NCBI GenBank assembly: GCA_012295275.1
Contig: CM022672.1
Span: 33,976,001 to 34,040,000 of the forward strand
Direction of reading: 5' to 3'
Length of the DNA: 64,000 bases
Source: Chrysomallon squamiferum
Taxonomy: Eukaryota > Animalia > Mollusca
Shown: positions 14,411-29,001 of the stretch, in pieces
Numbering within the stretch: position 1 is the first letter of the stretch
Layout of the letters: every line of letters begins with the position of its first letter
Notes under the pieces: generated by a model
Told to the model about the DNA's origin: nothing
Databases searched by the model: none
What the model saw: the letters and a program-made list of their open reading frames with translations, nothing else
Program-made: the position numbers and the translations under genes

Positions 14411-15150
14411 GCCTATCGATAAATCACGTGACATGTGCACAACTATTGTTTGGTTTTAGCCGAGTCTAAAATTAACTTGATTCAGTAAGTTGAAAATTTT
14501 AAAGAAAAACACCATTCATCATTTGTTATCTGCAGCGCCAGTCTACTGTAGTTATTCGCAGTGGTAAACATATTTGAATTATAACCTAATTTTATTTGTT
14601 TTTTAAAATATATATAGGAGTGTGTGTGTGTGTGTTTTTGGCTAGATAGATAGATATATATTTTTCTTTCTTTTTACAAAACAAAGTTTCAGTAATATAT
14701 AATGTACTGTGGCTAGTTAACAAATTTTACAGTAACATCGTTTGGTGATTTTTTCCCTTTGTTATTATTATTGTTGTTGTTGCTGGGTTTTTTTCTCACT
14801 TTTAATATTAATTAATAAATTAATTTGTATTTATTTTTTCTTTTGATCCTGATTCAAAACAAAACCAACTTCTTTGTTCACAATAATTTTGTTTATTATT
14901 TTGTAAATATCAAAGAAAACAAAAGGTACACTGAAATATCATTGAGCTACAGAATTATGTAAATAAGACATTTAGACACAAACACAGTTTGAGATAAAGG
15001 CTGATAGTGATGAATGAATGAATGAATTAATATAAATATTAAGAATATTAATGATTCAGTAATATATGAAACGAAACTGCACTGATGAATAAGAATTATG
15101 AATCAAGATTTTATGCCAATCACATAAAAAATACAAATACAAATAATACA

Positions 15151-15201
<51 letters not shown>

Positions 15202-17230
15202 GTAACAATGCAACACATTAATTAAAAATGAATAACATACCTGATTAAAAAAAAAAAAAAAAAAAAAAAAATACCCTGTCTGTGAAGTCCATTTTCGCCA
15301 AGTTATTTGTAAATGAATTGTCTAACAATGAGCAAAGGAAAATGTACGTTTGTAATAGAAAAGAGAAAGTTTATTTGAAAAAAAAAAAAAAAAAAAAAAA
15401 TAAAAATTGCAATCTGATAATTATTCTTTCATGGCCAGTTGTAAATCTGTATCCAGTGTTTTATTAATCTTTGGTATTTTTAGAACTTTATTTCTTTAAT
15501 TTTAAATTTTTATTTTTATTTTACTATGCTGGGACATAAGTTGTGTGAGTATTATTATTATTTTTTACCTGTTATTATCTGAGGTAGAAATTAAAAATTA
15601 TTAACAAAAATATGCTGCCTCAAAAGAAACAACAAAAATATTTGTAACAGGTAAAATAAATTTTCTGATAATCTAAACAAACTACAGTTGATTGCTAACA
15701 GCCAGGTTTTGTTCATAAATAAATAAAACAATACAAATCAATAATACTAATAAATTACTAAATAAAAATAAAATAAATTTATAATTAATAATAATAAAAA
15801 AGAAAAAAAAAACATTATTTTTATATTTAATATCCTTATTTTCTTATTCCAAAAACATTTGATTTACAAACTGAATCATGCAAGAAGGATTTTCTCAAAT
15901 GAACTTTGATTTAAGAGGACAACCCCCACCCAAAAAAAAACAAAAAAACAAAGATTAAAAAACTAAATTAAAAACAATAATTTTGTAAAATTTTATTTAA
16001 ATGATTTTTGTTATAATGTCACATCAGTTTTTTTTTAAATCTTCTGCTGAAAAGATTATCTTACAAAGCAGAGAAGGGAGACAACTTCAAATTAATCAGT
16101 TTATTATGTTAACATTTTTTTTTTTTAAAGGATGATTAAAAAAAAACCCTGATATTTTAAAATTTATTTTTGTTTCCTCAGAAAAATAAAGAGCATGTTT
16201 AAAATAAGTTTAAATATAAAATAAATAACAAACATATAGGAAATAAACATTATAAAACATTAGTCATTTTTAAAAATGCCCTTAACTGATTGCCAAATTC
16301 TAGGCTACATACATTTTCAAAATGGTGAACACTTACACATTTATCAATGATACATTATGCTATTTTTTGCACAGCGCCACCTAGCATATAAAATATCAGG
16401 GCTGATAACTCTAGCTAGTGCAATATCTTGAAATACCTCACCAAAGATGGCCTTCAAGGATTTCAAAATATCTTGTGTCAAAAGTTTTAAAATTGTTAAA
16501 ATTGTTATATTTCTTGGATATAATTTTTTTTTTTATTTTTTTTTTTTTAATTTGATTTTCCATCTTAGATCTAAATACTGCTAACCCATTTGATGCTTGT
16601 AATAATAATAAAAAAAGCTTTCTTCATAACGTACAAAATATCTTCCATAAGAAATGAGTTCAGATAGGATTATTTTTTTGTAATTTTAATTTTCATTATA
16701 TTGATGATGGTACACATAATGGGTGATTAAGGACCTAATTAAAGATTGTGGTATACAGACTAGATATTCAATTAATTAAGATATTAAGGAGAATTATGAA
16801 CAATATTTACAAAACTATTACTGACTACACAAATAGTAAGAATGACAATGAAAGAAATGTCAAAAATAGTAATTATACCATAATTACATACAAATACCTT
16901 CACAGAGAAAATATTATGTCAGGAATTTTGTCCTATTTAAAACACTCTTTGTATTTTGAACCAAATAAATTTAGCCACTCTCAAATTAACAACAAAAGCA
17001 TTAATAATGATTTTTTTTAAATCTGTGAAGATTTTTGCTTCTATGGTAAAAGGCAAAGAGTTTATATGTGATCATGAAAATTCATTTTTCTAAAAAAAAA
17101 GTTTTTTTATTTTTGTGGTCTGGTAAAAAGTTCCTGCATCAGATCTTGGATTATTTTCTAGAATATTCCAGGAATTCAAACATCCGCAGGACAACTCTGG
17201 TGAAGTTGAAGTGGTTTTGGTCCATAATTC

Positions 17231-17260
17231 TTAGACTTTCCTCTGGGTCATTTTCATTGT
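17231..17260 (-). CDS. FLOT1: Flotillin-1 terminal exon (TMKMTQRKV*)
   Basis: TTTTATTCAG acceptor, phase 0, TAA at 17231-17233; gives the expected protein length. Confidence 0.75.
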   Translation of the reverse strand, partial: TMKMTQRKV

Positions 17261-19169
17261 CTGAATAAAATAAAATAAAAAATGTTTTATAAAAACTGTG
17301 ATTAAAAACATAAATTGTCTGCAAATTCTTCAGAAGGTTGTTATTTTTGAACAATAAAAGTTCAGACAGTATTTTTAAGATCTTGTCTACTCACTCTCGT
17401 AACATTAATTTCAGTATTTGTTTAAACTTGTCTACTCTCTCTCGTAACATTAATTTCAGTATTTTAAAAAAAACTTGTCTACTCACTCTTGTAACATTAA
17501 TTTCAGTACTTTTAAAAAACTTGTCTACTCACTCTTGTAACATTAATTTCAGTATTTGTTTAAACTTGTCTACTCACTCTTGTAACATTAATTTCAGTAC
17601 TTTTAAAAAACTTGTCTACTCACTCTTGTAACATTAATTTCAGTATTTGTTTAAACTTGTCTACTCACTCTTGTAACATTAATTTCAGTATTTTTAAAAA
17701 ACTTGTCTACTCACTCTTGTAACATTAATTTCAGTATTTTTAAAAAACTTGTCTAATCACTCTTGTAACATTAATTTCAGTATTTGTTTAAACTTGTCTA
17801 CTCACTCTTGTAACATTAATTTCAGTATTTTTAAAAAACTTGTCTACTCACTCTTGTAACATTAATTTCAGTACTTTTAAAAAACTTGTCTACTCACTCT
17901 TGTAACATTAATTTCAGTATTTTTAAAAAACTTGTCTACTCACTCTTGTAACATTAATTTCAGTATTTTTAAAAAACTTGTCTACTCATTCTCGTAACAT
18001 TAATTTCAGTACTTTTAAAAAACTTGTCTACTCACTCTGGTAACATTAATTTCAGTATTTTAAAAAAACTTGTCTACTCACTCTTGTAACATTAATTTCA
18101 GTACTTTTAAAAAACTTGTCTACTCTCTCGTAACATTAATTTTAGTACTTTTAAAAAACCTGTCTACTCACTCTCATAACATTAATTTCAGTATTTTTTA
18201 AAAACTTGTCTACTCACTCTCGTAACATTAATTTCAGTATTTTTCAAAAAAATTGTCTACTCACTCTGGTAATGTTAATTTCGGTAGTTAAAACCATAAC
18301 AAAATACTAACTACTCACTCTGGTAATGTTAATATCAGTATTTAAAAACAACAAAACCCTATCACTAGTAGTAGTAATGTGAATTTTGTTATTTAAAAAA
18401 CTTGTCTACTCACTCTGGTAATGTTAATTTTGTTATTTAAAACAAACTGGTCTACTCACTCTGGTAACGTTAATTTTGTTATTTAAAAACAACTGGTCTA
18501 CTCACTTTGGTAATGTTAATTTTGTTATTTAAAAACAAATGGTCTACTCACTCTGGTAATGTTAATTTTGTTATTTAAAACAAACTGGTCTACTCAATCT
18601 GGTGATGTTAATTTTGTTATTTAAAACAAACTGGTCTACTCTCTCTGGTAATGTTAATTTTGTTATTTAAAACAAACTTCTACTCACTCTGGTGATGTTA
18701 ATTTTGTTATTTAAAACAAACTTCTACTCACTCTGATGATGTTAATTTTGTTATTTAAAAACAAACTTCTTCTCACTCTGATGATGTTAATTTTGTTATT
18801 TAAAAACAAACATCTACTCACTCTGATGATGTTAATTTTGTTATTTAAAAACAAACTTCTACTCACTCTGATGATGTTAATTTTGTTATTTAAAAACAAA
18901 CATCTACTCACTCTGATGATGTTAATTTTGTTATTTAAAAACAAACTTCTACTCACTCTGATGATGTTAATTCCGGTCAGGTTTTCTACAACACTCGGCA
19001 GTTTCTCCATTATTCCCATCACTTCATTTGTCAGCTTCATCGCTCCAACTTCACCCTTTCCACTCGACACCATCGTCACCTTCTTGCACTTTGTCAATGG
19101 AGCAGAGATTTCTGCAGCCACCTGATGATGATAATAATAATAATAATAATAATGATGATAATAATAATA

Positions 19170-19233
<64 letters not shown>

Positions 19234-22200
19234 TGATAATGATAATAATAATAATAATAATAATAAAATAATAACAATGGTAATAATAATAAATGATAAT
19301 AATAATAATAATGATGATAATGATAATAATAATGATAATATTTATCTTTTGTTGATAACAGTAAGTAGATTACAATAAGAAATTATAACAAAATATTTGA
19401 CACAGTAGATCAATCAGTAATCCAAAGGAGAAACAACAATAATCCAAAAGCAATTAATAACATAGATTTTTTTTATTATAATAAAAACGATAAGTTTATA
19501 TTATATTTGAAAAAAGCAGAACAAAGCAATACAACATAATAAAAAACCAACATCTTTTAAAATTCTTGCACTGTAATAGTTCAAAACAGACCATTTTAAG
19601 TACCAAAATACAACACCACCACCAACAATATAACAAACAAATCCTTTTAAAGAAGATGGTAAAATCTGTATTATTATTTAAATTTAAATTTATAATAAAC
19701 AATATATCAGTTAATTAATTAACGTTATTGCAATTCCTGAAACATATCTGTACTAACAAAACATCTGTATGAATATTAATTAACTGATGCAGATGTCACT
19801 GATAATTGCCATGGTTACCTTTGGTAGAGTTTCCAGCACCATATCAACCATGGCAGCATCCTGGTAATCCTTCCAGGCATCAGCCTTCTTTGCCATCTGT
19901 TCTGCTTCTGCTCTTGCCTTGGCTTCAATAGCAAAAGCTTCAGCATCACCTTTCATCTGACAGAAAACAACCATTTTAATATTAAAAAAACCCAAATCCT
20001 TTTGGAGTATTTTCAACACAAAAACAAGACTTCTATTTATCATTTATTTTCCTTGCTAAACATTTGACTTCTACTTATTTTCTTTGTTAAAAGTTTGAAA
20101 AAAAAAAAAAAATCAATAAATAATAATATGTTACCATAATCCTTTCAGTTTCTGTTAGGTTTACAAATGTTTTATTTTCTTTTTCTTTTATTTTACAGCA
20201 GATATTTTGAAAACATAAACCACTTCTCTACAAAAGAATGTTTGAGGCAACTAACATGTTTTCTTTAAAATCTGTTACTTTTAACTATAGAACAGAAGAA
20301 TAATTTATTTTCTTTCAGTGTTTGTTGATCTGAAAACCCATTACAATCTTTAATTATCACAAAGTATAAGGATCTGTGAGTGTCTGGATGTGTGTGTATG
20401 AGTGCACATGTGAGACAAGATATAACAATGAGTACTGGTTAGAATGTGAAAAACAAAAGAAACATACTCTGACAGATTCAGATTCTGCTTCTGCTTCCAT
20501 AATAATACGCATTCTGAAAAAATAAACAGTTCAAACAGTTTTATAATTTTGTATAAACTCTTTAAAAAGTATTTCACAATTAAATTTATTGTACAATGAT
20601 TTACTTAATTATGTTGTTTTTTTGATGCACAAAATAACACCTATGAAAATAAAAACAATTTAATGGGATAAGAAAAAAGCAGATTTATTTCACTAACATA
20701 CTATCAAACTAGATTTGTTTCGTTAAAATACTAATAGAATATCTTTATATTTCACTAACACCAATATATGTCTCACTAACTCACTAACAAAGTAGATTTG
20801 TCTCCCTAACAAACTAACAAACTAGATTTATGTCTCACTAACATACTAACAGATTAGCTTTATGTCTCACTAACAAACTAACCTGTTGGCTTCGGCTATT
20901 TTTTCCAGCCGGTATTTCTCTGCCTCGGCAGGTTTGCGGACCTGAGCCTCGAGTTCGCGCTCCCTGCGGATGATTTCCTGTTCCTGAACCATGATCTGCT
21001 GAGCACGCTCCACAACTGTCACCTGCATCTGCTCCTCCCGAATTGCCTGCTTCGTCTTAGCAGCCTGGTTACACGTTCAAACAGTAACATTACGTTATAA
21101 TTTACAAAACTCATACATTTTTATATCATACACGAAAATGATAATTTTACGTTATACACGAAAATGATAATTTTACATTATACATGAAAATAATGATTTT
21201 ACATTATACTTCAAAAATAATAGTAGCATATTATACACTATAGTAATATTACATAATAATTTACAAAATTTTATAATATACATTTAAATAATAATTTAAC
21301 ATTATGCATTAAAATGACAATTTTACAATGTACTTTAAAATTATAATTTTGCATTACATACTTAAATATTTTCACATTATACACTAAAATAATAACTGTG
21401 CTTAGTTGAGCATAGATAACCTTTAATATGACATATGACATGATGTTTGATAACATATACATATATATATATTTATTTATTTATTTAAAATCATATTGTA
21501 ACACAACACAAGCCAAGCCAGTATTAACTTTAAGTCATAACAAACTGTTAATATATCAGTTTTCAGAAAAAACAATTACAGTATGAAATTACCTGTACTA
21601 AAAAGATGAAATTAAAAATTACTGGATTAATTATTATGCCACAGGTTTTCAGAAAATAAATAACTATTACAGTACGAGATCATATGGACCAATAAAACAA
21701 CAGTTCCACTGTGGGATCACCTTAAGCTGGCTTTAGATATAAAACAAGTATTTATTGTAAGTGTTTTAATAAAAAAAAAAAAAAAATAAATAAAAAGTGT
21801 GAGATTACTTGAAGAGCATAGGCCAGATCTGCCTGGGCTTTCTTGGTTTGAACTTCCTGGTCATAGAGAGCTTTCTTCAGGTGAAAATCTCTCTGAGATT
21901 TGGCAATCTCAATGTCATTAGCATACCTCGACTCCATTCTCTTTTCCTCTGCATAAGCTTCCTGCAAAATATTATAACATCAATTAATATTAATATACAC
22001 ACAGACTGTATTCATTTTGTTTTATTATTTTATATAAAACTGTTTAAAAAAAAAAATATATATATATATATTATTATGATTGACCATGATTTATTTTTGT
22101 ATAATAAATAAGTGTATATAATAATAATATTATTATTACTACACACAGCACTTTTTTTTTCTTCTTTTCTTTTTCTAATTTTAATATTACATTACATTTT

Positions 22201-24371
22201 ACACTTTCTTATAAGCCAATATGATTGGATGGCAGGTACTAGTTACAATGTATATTCTATTCTAACTGTAGTCTAATAAGGTTTTTTTCCTTATTATTTC
22301 CAGGACAGCCACTGTTGATAATCTGACTGATGTGGTTAGGTGAGTTTTTCACAGATATTACCAGTTAACGAATGTACAAGGACGTCTGCTTATGTTCTGT
22401 ACCTACAGCTTGGAAAATGTATGTCCTGCCACTGAACCTATTAAATGTAGGGACCTCAACATCAAAAATTATTTGAAATGAAAATCTGGAATTAAAACTG
22501 TTGGTTAGAATCTTTCAGAAAATACCAAAAGAAGCTTTAGCTGAACAGGAGTTTTGAAACATTTTTTTCAATTTTAAAATAAAAATAAATTCTAAAAGAT
22601 GATTGATTCAAGATGTGTTATCCTACGAGTGTCCAGTAAAGATAAATATCAGTGGTATTAGACAGTAATGGACATCTGTCCTTCACCTTGATTCCTGCAT
22701 CTCTTTGCGCTTCAGCTTCACCAATGCGTGCATCTCTCTTTACTTCTGCTGTCCTCTTCATTCCTAAAGCTTTCAAATATCCCTGTAAACACAGAAAATA
22801 TTCTTTTAAAATATTAATCCTCAATAAAATATTAAATTTAAATATCCCTGTAAACACTGTAAGTTATGATATACGTAAATATACCTGTAAATATTATTTT
22901 AAAAATGTTAATCCTCAATATCCCTGTAAACATACAAAATATTCTTTTAAAAATGTTAACCCTCAATATCCCTGTTACAGTAAAATGTAAATATCCCTGT
23001 AAACACAGAAAATATTCTTTTAAAAATGTTAACCCTCAATATTCCAGTAAAAGCAGTAAATTACAGAATATGTAAATATCCTTGTAACAGTAAAATTTAA
23101 ATATCCCCTGTAAACACAGAAAATATTCTTTTAAAAATATTAACCCTCAATATTCCAGTAAAAGCAGTAAGTTACAGTACATGTAAATATCCCTGTAACA
23201 GTAAAATTTAAATATCCCTGTAATTATAGAAAATATTGTTTTAAAATTATTAACCCTCAATATCCCTGTAATAGTAAAATTTAAATATCCCTGTAAACGC
23301 AAAAAATATTCTTTTAAAAATGTTAACCCTCAATATCCCTGTAAACGCAGTAAGTTATATATGTAAATATCCCTTTAACAGTAAAAATTGGAAATGTCCT
23401 TGTAAATATATAAATATCCATATACATGTATACAATAATGTAAGAAGATCTTCAATATTGTAAACACAGCAACATTAAAATACCCCTGTAAATATTAACA
23501 TCCTTGTAAACATAGTAACACTAAAATGTCTCTGTAAATCTAGTACCACTAAAACATCAGTAAAACAAAAATAATCTCTGTAAAGGTAGTAACAGTAAAA
23601 TCTCTTTGTAAACATATTAACATTAAATAAATAATTTCCGTAAATATATCTGATTTAAATTTCATGTGACAACAATGACAAGTATGTGTGTGTGAGCGAG
23701 TGTGTGTGTGTGTATATATATATATATTTAATGTGACAGAATATAACATCAGTGTTATACATACCTCTTCGTCTCTGACATCTTTCAGTGTGTAGCTAAC
23801 AACACAGATGCCCATGTTGACTAAGTCGGAGGATGCAACTTCAAACACAGCCTTGGAAAACTTCTTTCTGTCCTTGTAGATCTCCTACAACACACACAAC
23901 AACAACAAAAAAACATATTTAACAACCATATTTGTTCTGTGTCACCTGTCATAACTATTGTTTTCAAATCTCAGATGTTTCTCATTATCAAATCATCATA
24001 TATAGAGAGATGTGTAGTTTATATTTACACACACATTTGCCAATATTTGTACATGTGTGTGTGTGTGTGTGTGTGTGCACATAAATACAGAGAAATAGAT
24101 ATGCATATTTATCAAACACAATTGATATTTGTATTGTGTGTCATATATATATATCTGCCTATCTATCTATATTATTATCTATATCTGCATCTACCTATCT
24201 CTCTCTCTGTGTATTTATCACAAACACACAAACAAAAGTTGAAATAATGATTATACAGGTTAGAAGTGGAACATGGTATCTGTTCTTTGTGTAACTTGGA
24301 AACAGTTTTAATGGAAATGAACAAGAAAGCAAGAAGATGGAAAGATGAAATGTAGAAGTACTATCCAGAAA

Positions 24372-24404
<33 letters not shown>

Positions 24405-24905
24405 TATACAGATAGGTTTAACCTACATCATTAACTTTAACCTGCACATTAATCATTTTAACACACATATTATTAATTTTTACATACATGACATTTATTT
24501 GAAAGGCATAGATTTGTTTTTAAATTATTTACACAGTCAGAGGAGATTGTTTTTAATGTACCTCAACCGTCATGTTCCCCATAATTGCTCTCTGGTGACC
24601 TTCTAAAGTCTCCTGGGCCACAGAGCGAATTTCTCTTTCACTTTTGCCTAAGAAAAGTTCACATGCTGACCTAAGCATTTCCTGGTTTGACCCTTGAACT
24701 TTGACCTTATTAGCAAAAATCAAATCGTATTATTAATACATACATACATACATACATATTAATATTAAAAATACACTGATGTTATAATATACATTATTAT
24801 TTATATTAATAAAATATATATATCTAATATTCTGATAAATTACTTCATTATGGAGATAAAATTAATTATGAAAAAGTAAATTAATATGACAAGAAATAAT
24901 TAAAA

Positions 24906-24985
<80 letters not shown>

Positions 24986-27900
24986 ATTATATGTTGTTGC
25001 TTATAAGAAAGCCACATATAACCAAATAATCAATAACATGACTAATCACTGATACACAGTTGCGGATATTACAACACTGAACTGTAACAAGCTTTATACA
25101 TCAAATATAAATAGATTACACAAATATGCAGTGTTAAAACTAACCCTCTGTTTACCAGCCACCTGTCTATTAGCCATTTACTGTTACCCATCTTTTTGTT
25201 TTTAATTTTCATTTCTGACTTTCTGCACTAACTGATTCAGTAAGAGAGATACCATTGTGCCTTTCCAGTGTGTTTCATGTTTAGGTCTAAATGGGAATAC
25301 ACATTCCAATCTATCCATCCAAACACAAATATGTTTAAACTTACTTAGTCTTAGATATATCCGATTCATGTGGACATTGTAAATTTGTTATTTAAAAACA
25401 CGCATTTATTGTCTATATTTAACTGTAGTTTTACAAATGCTAAATCTTAACTGAAATTAATTATGCTATTGTTTTGACATATATATATATAGATATATAC
25501 AGGGTGAAAAATTCATGTTAATCTCCAAATTCGATTTGCTTGAACATAAAACATCCAAATCCATGTGGATTTGCATTAAATATTTCCAAAAATTTGATTA
25601 AATTGAATAATCAACGAGTAAAATGTAACTGAATTAAAAACAGAAACAGTCTCGTTATCAAAACATCAGTTTAAACTGGTTTCAAAAGCGTAGCATACAT
25701 TTGAATCTGTGTATGTTTGAAACATCATGGTTTATTGAGACTAGTCTTGCGAGAAGCCAAGTGCTGGTTGAACCAAATAGTCATTTAATGTGCCAAATTT
25801 GGTATTGTATCAGACATTTCTATGTCAGTTCATTGATATCATGTTTTCTAAATTAAATTTCCTGCTTATTTTGATCCATAAATTTGTTTTATTGGTTGCA
25901 GAAATTATAGTCCAATTACAAATAATTATTTTATTTACAGTGTTGAGCACATTCAATAAAAAGAAATGCCTAAAATAAAAACACATCTAATTACAGATAG
26001 TTCATTTTATTTCTTGTGCTGATCATATTAAATTAAAGAAAATTATATTTATATATATATCGTGGTACCTAGACTTGTGAGTTTAATTCGTTCTGTGACT
26101 GAGCTCATAACATAATTTGCATTAATCCGTTCCACCCCACCCACCCCCAGAAAATCACCCCATTTTTTTATATATTTTTTTAATAAATGACAAATATTGT
26201 ATAAAACAAAATAAAAGAGAATGTAAAGAAATAAATTGGTTTTTGTAAAGTGTATATATCATGGAGATCCAGACAAATGATTTTTACACCTTTGGCTGGA
26301 GTTAAAGCTTTAGTATGGTAGATATTATAGTACTGCGCTCATACTGCCTAGCCCAGTTGACTATATGCACACCTCACTCATGTTTTTCCATGATTTCATG
26401 GAAGTCATCTGTGTCTTCTTCTCTGCACTGTTCTTTGCATTCACTTTCTCAGAATCCAAGGTAAGAAAAAAGAAATTTGGCAGAACACAACAGAGATGCT
26501 TTCACAGCGAGGAAACAACGTGAAGTAAACATGTGAGACGAGGGATGCTGGCCGGATGTTATGTTGTTCATTGTGCCGATCAGTGTTGGTGTATCTCAAG
26601 CTTATTCATAACTCAGAAAACTCATAAGTCAAGGTACCATTGTATACATATATATATATATTAATTTGAATTACTTTAATCAGTTATTACTAATTTAGTC
26701 CCAGATTTGCATACTCAGATTTTTTTTAATGATATTCGTGAAATTATTAAAATTAAAATCAATTTGTGGTTATTTACTCTTTTTTTTTTTTTGACAAGTT
26801 GCGTAGATGTTTATCAGATGTTTGTTTTGTTTATTTACAAATAACCAGTGAGTTACTCACCTGAGCAATACCTGTAATGGCAATACCGACACCTAACTTT
26901 GTGTACACCTGGGGACTTTCAATGGTGAGAGTCATCGTATTGAGTGATAGCCTGAAAGAAAGCAGCATCACTCAAAACTGACGTCAGGTAAACTCAGGTA
27001 ACACAGGTGTAAAACAGGCAGATAATTAGAGTTTATGTTCATCTCTTGTTCTTTGAACCGTTGTAATATTAAATTTCTTTTCTCTCTCATGGGTTCTCAA
27101 CATTCTTTCATCGAGAAATGGAAAACATAATTTATAATAATACAAGATTCCTCGATTTTCTGAACTTCTTTCTACGCTTTGGAAATATTTAGGATTTTCA
27201 AATTATTTAGATTTTGAATTTTGAATTTTGAAATTTTCAGAGAATGAGTATAATAAGATAAATTTAGATTTCCGAATTCCTCAATCAGTATTAACAACCT
27301 TTATAGACAGGTGGCTGGTTTACAGTTACAGGTACTAATTTATTTATCTAAACATAAATTATTAATTAGATAAATAAAACTTTACAAAAACAGCTACTAA
27401 GACAGAACTCTAATTATATACATGTACAATTTTACACAAGTGTTATTCCCCATGCAACATTTTCAAAATGCCAAGCATCACTGACAAATATGGATCCCCA
27501 CTCAACAAAAGCAAAAAAAAAAAAAAACCACAAAAAATTTGAAAATGACAGATCAGAACTGGAAAATAAAAATAAATAAATAAATACGGATAAAATATCT
27601 ACATTAAGTAAATGTGTGAATCAAAGTAAATGTTTGTGTAATTTTATAAAACGTATTTTTTCTGTGTGTGTTTTAGTGATGCAAATGCATTTGCTTTTTT
27701 AATGATTAAGTATTTTAAGAGATTATATTCTTTTATATATATCTATATATATCTTTTTTTAACCTATAATCTGTAATGTTTAGTGATTTTTAAATTTATT
27801 TATTTTAAATTATTTTATTTGTTATTGTTTTTCACTCTGTTCTGATGTGATCTTTGCCAAACTTTTGGGGTGACAATTAAAACAAATGCGTATGTGTCAC

Positions 27901-28957
27901 ATCAAAGAAAACATTGTGCATGGCCTGCATGAGTGACTGAACCATGCAATGCCATGGGTGGGTGACTTACTTGTGCGATGCCAGTGACAGAAAGAGCCAC
28001 ACCCATCTGTGTGTATACATGAGGGATTTGTAATCTGAGGGTCATTAAGTTCAAGTTCAGTCTTTACAAAAAAACAAAAAGATTAATATGCACAGATTAG
28101 AGTTAAATTACTGTAAAAGTTAATCACAATATTTTTTTTTAGAGAGCCACGGACTTATGCATTTTACATGAAAAAAACATTTATATGTGTGTGCCTGTGT
28201 GTGTGTAAGGGGGACAAATAGTGGTATGTACAATGGATAAAATATTCTGAATGATCCAACCAGAAGCATATGAGCTATTAATTGTCACAATTTGTTTGGA
28301 AGTTGTAAAGAAAAGAAGCCATTAACTATGCAGAATGTGTCCTTATTTTCATTCTATGGGTTAGTCTTGGTAATAAAGGAACTTTCAATGGCCAAGCAGC
28401 ACATCTAACAGACATAATTTAACAGATTATATATATATATAAAGTTACAATAAAAGAAGTTGATAATTACCATAAAGATATAATGATTTCAGCAAGATTC
28501 TCATGACACAGATGACATTATTAGTTGTATTATCAATACGGTTATGGTTTCTCCTAAACTTATTTCAAACATTTGTACAATAATTTGTGTGTGTTTTAAG
28601 TAATTATTTTAAATACCTTGATGATCAATCTTTATTAACAATAAAATAATCCTAAGCTAATATTGTTTTATTTGTTTTCTATGTCATAATTAATCATTTT
28701 TCTATATTTTGTTATTTTTCCAGTTCTGGATGTGTCTCAAGGTTAAAGCTTGCTAACAGCTAAAAAGCAAAACATAAAATAAAGCTAGCATACATTGAAT
28801 ATGGAGTTGAGTAGGTTCACCATTACATAGACCCTGTGTACACCAACATTTTTTGTTTACAAACATATGAAACATGGTATGGACCATGTGAATAACAGTG
28901 TTATATATAGAGTAAATATGTTTGAGACCATTTGGTCATTTTCAGTATATATATATG

Positions 28958-29001
<44 letters not shown>

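Noticed and set aside
1627-16000. Many supplied ORFs rich in poly-I/L/Y/N, HT, CV or ER runs (also around 37246-37597, 50985-51193, 54604-54976 and 56512-57734)
   Set aside because: Translations of (AAT)n, (CA)n, (CT)n and (TA)n microsatellites; no splice or homology support.
17383-18970. Regular ~45-bp array superficially like a CRISPR array
   Set aside because: Contiguous tandem units without unique spacers, no cas genes, and located in a eukaryotic intron.
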